DNA of 64,000 nucleotides from Guillardia theta CCMP2712 (taxonomy: Eukaryota; Protista; Cryptophyta): assembly GCF_000315625.1 (NCBI RefSeq), contig NW_005434638.1:334440-398439 (forward strand), given 5' to 3'. Shown piece after piece: positions 13,701-26,198 of this stretch (position 1 is its first letter; every line of letters starts with the position of its first letter). The translations under genes and the position numbers were made by a program. The notes below the pieces were generated by a model that was given only the letters and a program-made list of their open reading frames with translations, was not told the DNA's origin and searched no databases.

Positions 13701-16700
13701 GACCAGATGCTGGACGAGGCGCTGGACTTCCATCGAAGGAACCTGAGCAGCTTCGTCAAGACGGTCGAGCCCAACCTGTGGCGTTCGGTGCTCAACGTGC
13801 TCGACGGCTTCCTCAAGGAGTACAACGTGATGGAGGGGCAGGCGGTGGACCCTGAGAGGCTGGAAGCTCTCAAGACCAACATCGAGCCGATCTTCCTCTT
13901 CTCCATCATCTGGGGCATCGGAGGGGCCCTGGACGCGCCGAGCAAGCTCAAGTTTGACCAGTGGATGAGGGGAAAGAAGAACTTCCCAGCCAAGAAGACC
14001 GTCTTCGACTACGCCTACGACACCCAGCAGTGCAAGTGGAAGGGATGGATGGAGACTATTGAGCAGGCTCCCATAGACCCCAGGAAGTCCTTCTCCGAGC
14101 TCATCGTTCAGACCCCCGAGTCCGTCAGCTACGCGTTCATGATCGAGCACATCTGCTCTCAGATGAAGCACGTCCTCTGCATCGGCCCCACGGGCACCGG
14201 CAAGACGCTGGTGGTAAAGCAGAAGCTGATGAAGGGGATGGACCCTTCGGTCTACAGCCCCATCTTCGTCACCTTCTCCGCTCAGACCACCGCCAACCAG
14301 ACGCAGGACATCTTGGACGGCAAGTTTGACAAGCGGAGGAAGGGAGTGTTCGGCCCTCCCGCAGGGAAGAAGTTCACCATCTTTGTCGACGATACCAACA
14401 TGCCTCTGAGGGAGCAGTACTTCGCCCAGCCCCCCATCGAGCTCCTGCGGCAGTGGATGGACCATGGCGGCTGGTATGACAGGAAGACTCATCAGTTCTG
14501 CCAGATCATCGACGTCATGTTCGTAGGAGCCATGGGTCCCCCGGGAGGCGGGCGCCAACCCGTGACCAACAGGTTCCTCAGGCACTTCAACCATGTTTCC
14601 TTCCCCGACATGAACGACGACAGTTTGCGTCTTATCTTCCGAACCATCTTTGCTGCCCACCTGGAGACCTTCTTTCCGCCCAAAATGAAGGCCCTCCTGG
14701 ACCCGATCTGCGAGGCTTCGCTCGACCTCTACAACAACTGCCTCAAGTCGCTGCTGCCCACCCCCGCCAAGTCGCACTACACCTTCAACCTGAGGGACCT
14801 GGCCAAGATTTTTCAGGGGATCATGATGGCAGATAGCAAGAAGATCGGGGAGGACGAGGGGATGGTTATCCGCCTTTGGGTCCATGAGTGCACTCGTATC
14901 CTCAGGGATCGCCTGACCGACACCCCGGACAGAGAATGGTTCGACGACCTCGTCGTTGACTTGGTCAGCCTCTCCTGCTCCGCCCCCTCCTCCCCCCTTT
15001 CTATCTAAATTCTCCTCCTTCCTCATCATTGCTTTCTTTCTCCTCCCCTCCTCCTCCATCCCCCCACCCACCACCACCTCCTCCTCCTCCTCCTGTCTCC
15101 ACCCCAGTTCCTCTTGCTCGTCCTCTTGCTCTTCTCCTCCCTCCCCCGCATCTAGATTCTCTTTCTACATCTCCCTCTCCCTCCACCATTGCTCCATTCT
15201 TCGGAGATCTTCTACTTGCCGTCCTCTCCTCTCCTCTACTTGTCGTGTCTCGTCGGTCTCTGCTCACCGTCTCCTTCCACAGGTCAAGACGACATTCACA
15301 AAAGATTGGTCGAAAATCAGAGTATGCGAGCGCTGCATCTGGGGTGAGACGACTTTGTCCTATCCTATCCTGTCCTGTCCTGTCCTGTCCTGTCCTGTCC
15401 TGTCCTGTCCTGTCCTGTCCTGTCCTGTCCTGTCCTGTCCTGTCCTGTCCTGTCCTTGTTGCTTTGCCCTCCCCTGCTTATTTCCGTCTCCTCTCCATTG
15501 CTTGCGTCTGCTCACTTCTTCCCTGCAGGAGACTACATGGTTCCTGGAGCTGATCCAAGGATGTACGTCGAAGTTCAGGACCTCGCGCTGCTGAGGAGAA
15601 CGATGGAAGGATATCTGGAAGAGTTCAACGTGTTGACCAACAAGCCCATGAAGCTGGTGAGAAGGATGGGAACTTGACTGAAATTATTCTCTCCTCTTCC
15701 GGGAATTTGACGGAAAAATTATCTCTATCTCAGTCGTATTTCATCATCATCATCATCATCATCTCCTCCTCCTCCTCCTCCTCCTCCTCCTCCTCCTCCT
15801 CCTCCTCCTTCTATTACTCCCTCTACACCTCCTCGTCTCTCGCACATGTTGTCTTTAGCTCTCTTCCTCACATAAGTACAGGTTCTCTTTCTCGATGCCA
15901 TCGAGCACGTGTCAAGGATCTCAAGGATTCTTCGTCAGCCTCGCAGCAACGCTCTGCTGTTGGGAGTGGGAGGAAGCGGCAGGCAGAGCTTAACTGTAAG
16001 AGAGGATCATGACGACGATACTCTTGCCCTTGCCCTTGCCCTTGCCCTTGCCCTTGCCCTTGCCCTTGCCCTTGCCCTTGCCCTTGCCCTTGCCCTTGCC
16101 CTTGCCCTTGCCCTTGCCCTTGCCCTCGCTCTCGCTCTCGCTCTCGCTCTCGCTCTCGCTCTCGCTCTCGCTCTCGCTGGTTCTCACGGTGTTCTCCAGC
16201 GAGTCGCAGCCTTCTGCGCGAGCATGGACTGCACTCAGATCGAGATCGCCAAGGGCTACGGGAAGAACGAGTGGAGGGAGGACATCAAGAAGATTTTGCT
16301 AAGGGCTGGAAAGGACGGAAAGCCAACGGTCTTCCTCTTCACAGACACTCAGATAGTGATGGAATCATTCTTAGAGGTACCTCTTGCTCCTCCTCCTCCT
16401 CCTCCTCCTCCTCCTCCTCCTCCTCCTCTGTTCCTCTCCTCCTCCTTGACCCCCTAGTCCTTCCTCTCCTCCTCTCCTCCTCCTCCCTTCTACATCCCTC
16501 CTCGCCTGTTCTCATCCCTCCCTCAGGACCTCAACAACATCCTCAACTCAGGAGAAGTCCCCAACATCTTCGACATGGCGGATCAGGATCAGATCATGAT
16601 GTCCATCCGATCCATCTGCCAGGCCGAAGGCATTCCCCTCACGAAGCAGAACATGTACGAAAGGTTCTTAGTCCGCATACAGGCCAACCTCCACCTCGTC

Positions 16701-19700
16701 CTCGCCTTCTCGCCCGTCGGCAACTCCTTCAGGAACAGACTGCGGCAGTTCCCCAGCCTCGTCACCTGCTGCACCATCGACTGGTTCACCGAGTGGCCGG
16801 CGGAGGCGCTGCGGGGAGTCGCGAGCGAATCGTTTGCGGAGATCGAGTTCCCGTCGCAGGAGGTCAAGGATGGGATCATATCCATCTGCCGGGACATTCA
16901 CCAGGGGGTCGAGGAGGCGTCGCATCGATACGCGGAGGAGATGAGGAGATACAACTATGTTACTCCCAGCTCCTACCTGGAGCTCCTGACCACCTTCAAG
17001 AAGGTGCTGAAGGAGAAGAGGGAGGAGATCGGGACGGCGAAGAGGAGGCTCTCGGTCGGGCTGGACAAGTTGATATCGACGGAGAAGGACGTCGAGACGA
17101 TGAAGCAGGACCTGATTGAGCTCCGTCCCATCCTGGAGAAGACGACGCAGGAAACCGAAGAGCTCATGGTCACGATCGAGAAGGACAAGATCAGTGCTGC
17201 GGAGACCAAGGCCGTGGTGGAGGTGGAGGAGGCAGCGGCTGCCAAGAAAGCGGCCGAGTGCAAGGAGATCAAAGACTCGGCTGAGGCCGGGCTGGCGGAG
17301 GCTCTGCCAGCCCTCGACGAGGCGGTGGCGGTCCTGAAGAACCTGAAGCTCTCGGACATCAGCGAGGTCGCCAAGTACTCGAACCCTCCCGCCCTCGTCA
17401 AGCTCGTCCTCGAGTCCCTCTGCATTATGTTCCAGATCGCTCCTGCCAAGGTCGGAGAGGCAGGCAAGAAGGTCGACGACTACTGGCCTCCTGGCAAGAA
17501 GCTGCTGGGAGACGCCAAGGGCCTTCTGGACAGCATGTTTGACTACGACAAGGATCACATACCGGACAAGGTGATTAAGAGAATCGAGCCGTTCATGGTC
17601 AACCCGGACTTCGAGCCCAACAAGATCTCCAGCGTCTCCAAGGCCTGCACTGCCATGTGCCAGTGGACCCGCGCCATGTACACCTACCACGAGGTTGCGC
17701 TGCAGGTGGAACCCAAAAGAATCGCGCTGGCCAAAGCGGAGGAGGAGCTGAAGATCGTAGAGGGGAAGCTACACGTGCTGCAGGCACAGCTGAAGGAGGT
17801 GATGGACCGCCTGGCCCACCTGGACGAGAAGTTCCAGGAGTCGATGCACAAGAAGGAGGAGCTAGCAAACAAGGCGGAGGACTGCCGGGTCAAGATGGAC
17901 AGAGCAGATCGCCTGCTCGGGGGCCTCGGGGGGGAGAAGGTTCGCTGGTCGGAGACTGTGGTGAAGTTTTCCCACATGATGGACAACGTCATCGGGGACG
18001 TGGTGGTGGCTGCCGGGGGCATCGCGTACCTGGGCGCGTTCGTTGCCTCGTACAGGGAGGAGCAGGAGAAGTTCTGGTCGGAAAAGCTCAAGGAGTACGG
18101 CATCCAGCTGACAGCAGGAGCCGGAGTGCGCAGCACGCTCGCCGATCCCGTGCAGATCCGAGCATGGAACATCAGCGGGCTGCCGACCGACGTGTCGTCC
18201 ATCGAGAACGCCATCATCCTCAGCAAGTCTCGCCGCTGGTCGCTGATGATCGACCCGCAAGGGCAGGCGAACAAGTGGATCAAGAACATGCAGAAGGGCA
18301 AGGGCCTGGAGGTCATCAAGCTCTCCGAGAAGGAGTTCCTCCGCACCCTCACCAACGCCGTGCGCTTTGGCAAACCCGTGCTGCTGGAGAATGTCGGGGA
18401 GGAGCTGGATCCCTCCCTGGAGCCCATCCTGGCGAAGCAGATCTTCATGCTCGGGGGTGTGGAGATGATCAAGATAGGAGATGAGACGCTGGAGTACAAC
18501 CCGGACTTTTCCTTCTTCATCACCAGCAAGCTCCCCAACCCTCACTACTCCCCTGAGACCTGCGTCAAGGTCACCCTCCTCAACTTCACCGTCAACCAGT
18601 CCGGGCTCGAGGATCAGATTCTCGGCATCGTGGTGGGGAAGGAGCGCCCCGACCTTCAGGAAGCGAAGAACCAGCTCGTGATCTCCATGGCGGAGATGCG
18701 GAAGACGCAGAAGGAGCTGGAGGACAAGATCCTAAAGCTGCTCGCGGAGTCTGAGGGCGACATCCTAGCAGACGAGAACCTGATCGTGATCCTGGGGGAG
18801 GCCAAGGTGACATCAGACGAGATCGCAGTGAAGGTGGCGGAGGCGGAGAAGACTGAGAAGGAGATCGACGAGACGAGGGGCAAGTACCGGCCGACGGCCT
18901 TCCGAGGCTCCATCCTCTTCTTCTGTGTGGCGGATCTTGCGGCGGTTGACTCCATGTACCAGTACTCCCTCCAGTGGTTCCTCCAGCTGTTCGAGTCCGG
19001 CCTTGAGAACTCCCCGCCAGCAGAGGAGATTGCTGAGAGGTGCAGGAACGTCAACGAGTTCTTCACCTTCTCACTCTACAAGAACATCTGCCGCGGGCTG
19101 TTCGAGAAGGACAAGCTCCTCTTCTCCTTCATCCTCTGCATGAAGATCATGCAAGGCGACAACCGCATCGACGCCGCCGAGCTGAGGTTCTTGCTGGCAG
19201 GGGCCACCAGCAACGAGCCGCACATCGCGAACCCAGCCAAGGAGTGGCTGGTGGACAGCTCCTGGAACGACATCTCAGGCTTGTCAAAGTTGTCAAAGTT
19301 CCCGGAGTTTGACGTTGAGTTCTCGTCCCGGGTGTCCGAGTGGAAGGCTTTCTTCGACTCCAACACGTGCTATAAGGACCCTCTCCCCGGCCAGTGGGAC
19401 TCCTCCCTCTCCACCTTCCAGAAGCTCCTCGTGCTCCGTTGCCTGAGGCAGGACAAGATACAGGACGCCATCATGGGGTTCGTCACGGAAGAGATGGGAG
19501 AGAAGGTAAGGCTTGCTGCTTCTTCTTCCTCGCGCTGACTTGCTTCCGCCCTCCTCCAGTTCATTGAGCCTCCTCCCTTCAACCTTCCCCTCGCCTTCGA
19601 CGACTCTCTTTCCACCGTCCCGTTGATCTTCATCCTCTCCACAGGGGCAGACCCGACCATGGCGCTCCTCTCTTTCGCACAGAGCAAGGGCTTTAGCGAG

Positions 19701-21404
19701 CGCCTCGAGTCGATCTCCCTGGGACAGGGCCAGGGCCCCATAGCCGAGAAGAAGCTCGCGGCCTCGACCAAGAGCGGCTCCTGGCTCCTCCTACAGAACT
19801 GCCACCTGGCGGTCAGCTGGATGCCGAGGATGGAAGCGATAGTCGACGGCTTTGACCCCAACTCTCTGCACCCTGACTTCCGGCTCTGGCTCACTGCCAT
19901 GCCCTCCCCCCAGTTCCCCGTGGCTGTGCTTCAGAACGCGGTCAAGATGACGTTGGAGCCGCCCAAGGGGCTCAAGGCGAACATGATGGGCTCGTTTCAG
20001 AACTTCAGCGACGAGTTCTTCGAATCCTGCCAGAAGCCGGACGTGTTCAAGAAGCTCGTCTTCTCCCTCTGCTGGTTCCATGCTGTGATGCAGGAGCGCA
20101 GGAAGTTCGGACCCCTCGGCTGGAACATCTCCTACGACTTCTCCAACTCGGACCGAGACATCTGCCTCGGCCAGCTCCAGATCTTCCTCGACAAGTACGA
20201 GGAGATCCCCTTCAAGGTCATCTTTCAGCTCTCCGGCGACGTCAACTACGGCGGCAGGGTGACCGACGACTGGGACCGCAGGACCATGAACACGCTCCTC
20301 GCCGGCTACATCTGCCCAGCTGCCCTCCAGGACGGCTACCAGTTCTCAGCTGACCCCAGCTACTGCCAACCCCAGGCCTCCTCCTTTTCCGACTACCTCG
20401 AGTGTCTCCAGTCCTGGCCCCTCCAACCGAGCCCGGAGGCCTTCGGCCTGCACGAGAACGCCGACATCACTTGCGCGCAGAACGAGGTCCGAGCGCTCTT
20501 CGAGAACGTCCTCGCGCTGCAGCCCAGGGTCTCCTCGGGGAGTGGGATGAGCAGGGACGAGACGATAGACATGATCGCTGAGAACATGCTGAACAAGCTC
20601 CCCAGCCCCTGGCTGCTGCTCGACGTGCAGAAGCAGTACCCGGTCATGTACGAGGAGTCGATGAACACGGTGCTACAGCAGGAGTGCATACGCTACAACA
20701 ACCTGCTGGTGACCATGAAGGCGACGCTCTCCGACGTCAGGAAGGCGCTCAAGGGCCTCGTGGTGATGTCTGCCGAGCTCGACGCGCTGGCTACCTCCCT
20801 GTTCAACAACCAGGTCCCTGGCGCATGGGAGTCGAAGGCGTACCCGAGCATGAAGCCTCTCGCGCTCTGGCAGGAGGACCTTCACAAGCGATGTTCCTTC
20901 ATCCAGCTGTGGATCGACGAGGGGATCCCCGTCACCTTCTGGATCAGCGGCTTCTTCTTCCCCCAGGCCTTTCTGACGGCCATCTTGCAGAACTTTGCGA
21001 GGAAGCAGCAGATCGGTATCGACACCATCAGCCTGGACTTCGTCAACCAGACGGTGGAGCACACCAGCATCTCCACGAAGCCTGAGAACGGCGCCGTCGT
21101 GTGGGGACTCTTCCTGGAGGGATGCAGGTGGGACATCTCTCAGAACAGTCTCATCGAGTCTAGACCAAAGGAGCTTTTCACCAGCTACGTTCCCATCCTC
21201 CTCCTGCCCATCCAGCATCGTCCGAAGCCGAATCCTGCGACGACGCTCATGTGCCCCTGCTACAAGATCCTGACGAGGAAAGGCGTCCTGTCAACCACCG
21301 GGCACTCGACAAACTTCGTGACGACCATCGAGGTCCCTACCAACACAGCACCCGAGCACTGGGTGAAGAGAGGAGTCGCATTGTTCCTTGCTCTTGCTTA
21401 CTAG
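7776..21404 (+). CDS. DNAH1: Axonemal inner-arm dynein heavy chain, DNAH1-like (multi-exon)
   Basis: P-loops GPAGTGKT, GPTGGGKT, GPTGTGKT and GVGGSGRQ, plus CFDEFNRI and HYDFGMR. Stalk and MTBD are present and the C-terminus ends HWVKRGVAL. The N-terminal PRHRVLLLDENPRLF...YNIYAENMP segment is typical of the DNAH1 subfamily, but the subfamily call is less certain than the dynein call. Confidence 0.92.
15367..15455 (+). repeat. (CCTGT)n pentanucleotide microsatellite in dynein intron
   Basis: Perfect tandem tgtcc repeats are directly visible. Confidence 0.95.
16022..16177 (+). repeat. Compound hexamer microsatellite, (CTTGCC)n switching to (CTCGCT)n, in dynein intron 15996-16199
   Basis: Directly visible; both units read Leu-Ala in the same frame. 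Confidence 0.95.
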
Positions 21405-21684
21405 CATGCGTGAGGGTACTGTACGGCTACTTGCTGCTGCTGCTGCTGCTGCTGCTTCCTCCCTTCTCATCCTCTTCCTCTCTCCTCGAGCATTTCTTGT
21501 TTCATACTCAGTTTGTTCTACAAGGACCCTACCCCCTAAGGGATCTCACACTACCCCCATTCTGGTAAATCGGTGAAAGTAAATTCGTAGTATCCCACCA
21601 GTATAGACATAGTACCCCACCCCACCCTTCCCCTGTATAATAAGTTTGGCGCCAGCAGTGTGAGGGGCTCATGCGCGGGTAGGG

Positions 21685-21737
21685 AGGAGAGGAGAGGAGA
21701 GGAGAGGAGAGGAGAGGAGAGGAGAGGAGAGGAGAGG
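21685..21737 (+). repeat. (GGAGA)n microsatellite, intergenic
   Basis: Directly visible. Confidence 0.9.
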
Positions 21738-22095
21738 AACAGAGATAGAGAGGACAGAGATAGAGCAGGACAGAGAGACTTCACGAGTAGACAAGAAGAG
21801 ACAATAGTGAGAAGAAATACAGAGAGTGCAGACAAGTTGAACAGGACGGATAGCAGAAGGGAGGGGAAAGATTGAAGACATAAAGCACATCATAGGGAGT
21901 AGACTTCGGAGTGAGCTGAGAGCGGAAGATCGGTCCAGCAAGAGCCTTTGGAGAAGTTGAAACCAGCCATCATCCTTGATCGAGACGAGACTAGCAGAGG
22001 CAAACAACTCTTTCCACCATCCTCCTGATTCAGGTATGAGATTTCCGTGCCTTGCCCACTACAGGAACTGATTGGGCTCCACCAACTACGACAGA

Positions 22096-22660
22096 ATGAG
22101 CAGCCTGGAAGAATTGAAGGATGCGCTAAGGGACACTCTGGCAGCACGAGGGACACTGGGCGATATCCAAGCAAGAATCAGAGCCGAGATCTTCAATGCA
22201 CTCGAAGAATCTGTTCGTGTGCTACTGACCTCCCCATGGATGTGACTTGAGACTCGCAGGAGGAGGCGAAACCCGCTCTCTCGCACGAGAACCTCATCAT
22301 CAACGAGCTGATCAGGGAGTACCTGGAGTACAACCACTACAAGCACACCCTGTCGGTGCTCGTCCCCGAGACTGGGCAGCCGATCGAGAAGATCAACAGG
22401 ACGTTCTTAGTGCAGGTGCATAACTTTCAGATCTTATCTCAAGAGTGCTGACTGCAGGCTAGGAATTGGGAATGCGGGAAGACTCAAACTCAAGGCAGTT
22501 GCCAGTCCTCTACAACATTCTGGCGAGGTTGAAGCAGGAGAAAGGAGGGTTCAGAGCGTCTGCCCTCCCCGACTCCGCATCGATCAAGCCGTCCTCCTCT
22601 CACAGCTCTGGTGCGCTGGAGATCTCCGCACGGAGCAGAGAAGGCGGGAGTGCGAGGTAA
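22096..22660 (+). CDS. FOPNL: LisH-domain centrosomal/basal-body protein FOR20 (FOPNL/CEP20), 3 exons
   Basis: Spliced translation MSSLEELKDALRDTLAARGTLGDIQARIRAEIFNAL / LSHENLIINELIREYLEYNHYKHTLSVLVPETGQP / ...LPVLYNIL, using introns at about 22213-22259 and 22416-22462. The ORF track does not show it as one ORF. Confidence 0.88.
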
Positions 22661-22945
22661 GAGAGGGCAGAGGAGAAGTAGATGTTGATGTTGATGTTGA
22701 TGTTGATGTTAATGTTGGGGCAGACAAGCTCTCACGTCGATGGCCAAGAGCTCGGAGTCAAGTGTAAGGGTGAGCACGGGAGACGTGAGGTCCCTTCATG
22801 ACCCTCCTCCTCTCTACATGTAGGAAGGAGAGGAGACTTGAGTCAGGGGAGGGGATAAGATCAGGGGTTAGTGCCATTGCGACATGTCGCTTTTAAAGAT
22901 GTTATTTACAGCTATGTGACGACGGTGCTGGCTGCGACCTCAGCA

Positions 22946-23274
22946 TCACTCCGTCTTGATCGTCTTGGCCTTGTCCTTGTCTCTCCCCAGCCTCGACTGC
23001 AGCCCCTCGAACCTCTCCTTGAGCACCCTAGACCTCTCCGAACGCTTTGGGACGTGGCTGGTCTCGAAAATGTTCTTGGTCTTGGGGGAGATCTCCAGGT
23101 CTTGAAGTGGGGAAGGAGCATCAGGGATCGTCATTGTGAGAAGGACGACGAAGATCCACAGGATCGCGTACTTGAACAAGCAGGAGACTGTGGCTAGCCC
23201 GTAGTAGTCTGCCGCCAGTCACATCAGGGAGGGGGGAGGGGTGGAAGTGGTGACCAGGAAGGGGAGGGAAGGAC

Positions 23275-23356
<82 letters not shown>

Positions 23357-23720
23357 GGGGCAACCTGAATTAGAAGCAAAGTAGGAGATGTTCGACTTGA
23401 TCCATTCATCAGGGGTGTGCCATACCTGACACTGGACAGAACTGAGCACGAGTCAAACACGAGAAGGCTGGGGAAGGTGCGCAGACCAGCAGACCAGCAG
23501 CAGGTCCCTGTAGTGCATGCCAGCCATGCCGAAGACCCATCCCTCTGTCACGTGTCGAAGGAACAAGCAGAAGCCTTGAGACAACCTAGGACAGCATCAG
23601 CGCTGCTGGTACGAGGAGCGGCACTCGCTCACAGCACAAAGATGGCCAGGTAGCAACTCAGCTCATACAAGATGCTCCTCGTGAACTCGAACATGCTCTT
23701 ATCGCGCAGCCGCCAGGTGC
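22946..23720 (-). CDS. Hypothetical small membrane protein (multi-exon; 5' end possibly near 24022)
   Basis: In-frame exons FEFTRSILYELSCYLAIFVL / LSQGFCLFLR / VWHTPDEWIKSNISYF / DYYGLATVSCLFKYAILWIFVVLLTM give two hydrophobic helices. No family recognised. Confidence 0.5.
23275..23356 (+). repeat. (GAGCAG)n microsatellite in an intron
   Basis: Directly visible. Confidence 0.95.
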
Positions 23721-24052
23721 GGGCAGGAGTGCGACGAGGACAAGCGCGGGGTGGGGGGGGCGACGAGAGTGCGGCAGAAGGGAGTGAGAGCAATGAGAAG
23801 GTGAGGACGAGGGGGAGGAGGAGGAGGAGGAGGAGGATCGGGAGGAGGAGGAGGAGGAGGAGGATCGGGAGGAGGAGGAGGAGGAGGAGGAGCAGCAGCA
23901 GCAGCAGCACAAGGAGCAGCACAAGGAGCAGCACAAGGAGCAGGAGCAGGAGCACAGGCCTTTCACAGGTTTCCATCAGCCTCGTCCCCTCTATGACCGC
24001 CGGGATAAGACCGTAGGACCATAGGGTGGGAGGCAGGCGAAGGCAGGTGACA

Positions 24053-26102
24053 ATGGCGGCTGTAACGCGCCTCCTCCTCTTTGCGGTGCTTGTATGGGGA
24101 GCAAGAGGAGGAGACGACGATGGGATGAAGGAAGGTAGGTGTTTGTCTTTCTTCCTCCCCCCCTGTTCCACATTCAAGGTCCCTTCCTCGTCTCCCCCAC
24201 TCCTCCTCCTCCCTGTTCCGCCCGACTCGCGATCCCTGACGAGCAGTGCAGAGAAGCTACCTCCTGCGTACGATCCAGCATCGTATCCCAGGTGAGCTCG
24301 AACCTCTCTGTCCTCCTCTGCTACAAGGCTGAGCAGGGCCCGCAGTCCCGCACACAACCACTTGCTACACTTCCAGGAAGACGTCAACGAGTGGAAGTTC
24401 GAGACGACGCAGAACCTGCAGCGGCCCTTCATGCAGCAGCTTTACGAGACTTCCAAGCAGCTGTACGAGGATCCCTACGACGCCAAGTCCTACGTCGATC
24501 TCAGGGAGCAGCTCAACTCGCACTGCAACCGGGTGTACAACCAAACATGCGAATGGCAATTCAGCCCTCCTTACAACCCAAGGAACCATGTGGAGAGGGA
24601 GGAGGGCACCTCGACGAATGCTGCCATCGTCTATCTGTGCTGTGCAGATGCGCAGGAGTTCCAGGACTTTCTGTGGTCCCTCAAGTTTCTTGATCTCAAC
24701 TTCAACAATGAGTTCAAGTATCCGGTCGGTCGCGCAAATGGAGGGGGAGGAGGATGGGGGTTGGGGAGGGGAGCATGAAGGGAGAGAGGAGAAAGGGAGG
24801 AGCTAACAGCATAGCATGCAGGTGCTTATCTTCCATGAGAACTTCGGGACTGCTCAGTTCAACATGATCCGCCAAATGTCCCAGTCCAACATCAGTTTCC
24901 ACAAAGTGAACCTGCAGGTCCCAAGGTTCCTGGACTTGCAGCAGGTACCCCGGTGGTACAAGGGATTCTCCCTGGGGTTTCGCAACATGATCCGGTTCCA
25001 TGCTATCGAGCTGTACGAACATCCTGCCATGCAGCACTTCGACTACTACTGGAGGCTCGACTCCGACTCCTTCATCCTGGGCAGGTGAGTACCCTGCCGG
25101 CTGCCGCCTCCCCTCGCTCATGGTGGCGCATGCTGACTAGGTTGTGGGTGGATCCCTTCGAGTTCATGAGGATCAACGACTACAAGTACGGCTTCATAGC
25201 GACCATGACGGAGAAGGAAGACTTCATCCAGGACTTGTGGGAGCTGCACGAGGCGCATCGAAGATCGGAGGGCATCGTGTCCGAATGGTTCAAGGGCAAG
25301 TGAGTAGACCGATGCTCCCTTCCCTTCCCTTCCCTTCCCTTTTTCCTTTCCCTCCCTTCCCTTTTTCCTTTCATTCCCTTCCCTTCCCTTCCCTTCCCTT
25401 CCCTTCCCTTCCCTTCCCTTCCCTTCCCTTCCCTTCCCTTCCCTTCCCTTCCCTTCCCTTCCCTTCCCTTTTCCCCTCCCTCCCTTTCTCTTGACCTCCC
25501 CTCCTCCACTCCCTAGTCTCCCACCAACACATTCCCTCACTCCGTCCTCGTGCTCGTCCGTGCTCTCATCACTCGCTCGCAGGTGGAACGGGTTCGGGTT
25601 CTACACCAACTGCGAGATCGCGCGACGAGACTTCTGGCAGCTGCCTCAGGTCCTCGCGTGCTGGGCGGGGGGAGGACGATGACAGACGGGGCAGGTCGCG
25701 TCCTATCTCAAGAGGATAGACCGGGAGGGAGGCATCTACAAGTCGAGGTGAGCGTGCTGTCAGATAAAGTCCGTCCGCCTCCTCACCCTCATCACAGATG
25801 GTCCGAGGCGACGATTCACTTCCTTGCAACCACCCTCTTCTTGGCCTCACAGGTGTTCGCACCGAAAGAGAGGAGAAGTGGGGATGGGGGGAGGAAAGGG
25901 AGGAAGGGGAGGAGGGAGGAGCAACCCAGGAGGAGGAGGAGGAGGAGAGATGACAACGAGACAGGAGCTGTTGCAGATTGTGTTTCTGCCTTACTGGCAT
26001 CAAAATCTCGTCATCCTACCTCAGCCATGGTCGGAGACGGACCAGACCAACCCGGACGGGACAGCCAAGGCGAGACAAGATAGACAAGAGCCGAGGAGTT
26101 AG
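24053..26102 (+). CDS. Glycosyltransferase family 15 (KRE2/MNT1-type alpha-1,2-mannosyltransferase), multi-exon
   Basis: Signal or anchor MAAVTRLLLFAVLVWG. GT15 motifs NAAIVYL, LNFNNEFKYP.LIFHE, GFRNMIRF, FDYYWRLDSD, DPFEFM...YKYGF, FYTNCEIARRDFW and IDREGGIY..RWSEATIH. Confidence 0.87.
25315..25470 (+). repeat. (CCCTT)n polypyrimidine microsatellite in GT15 intron
   Basis: Directly visible. Confidence 0.9.
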
Positions 26103-26198
26103 AAAACCTTAACAAGTGTTGATTTCAAGTATTATAAGATGACGAGAGAGAGATACAAGAGAAAAGAATATAAACACAGATCAGATCATTGAGGAGCT

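Noticed and set aside
8581-21218. Long antisense and alternate-frame ORFs over the dynein gene (e.g. 13515-15077, 8581-9819, 16668-17690)
   Set aside because: These are shadow ORFs caused by strong GC3 codon bias on the coding strand, with no recognisable motifs.
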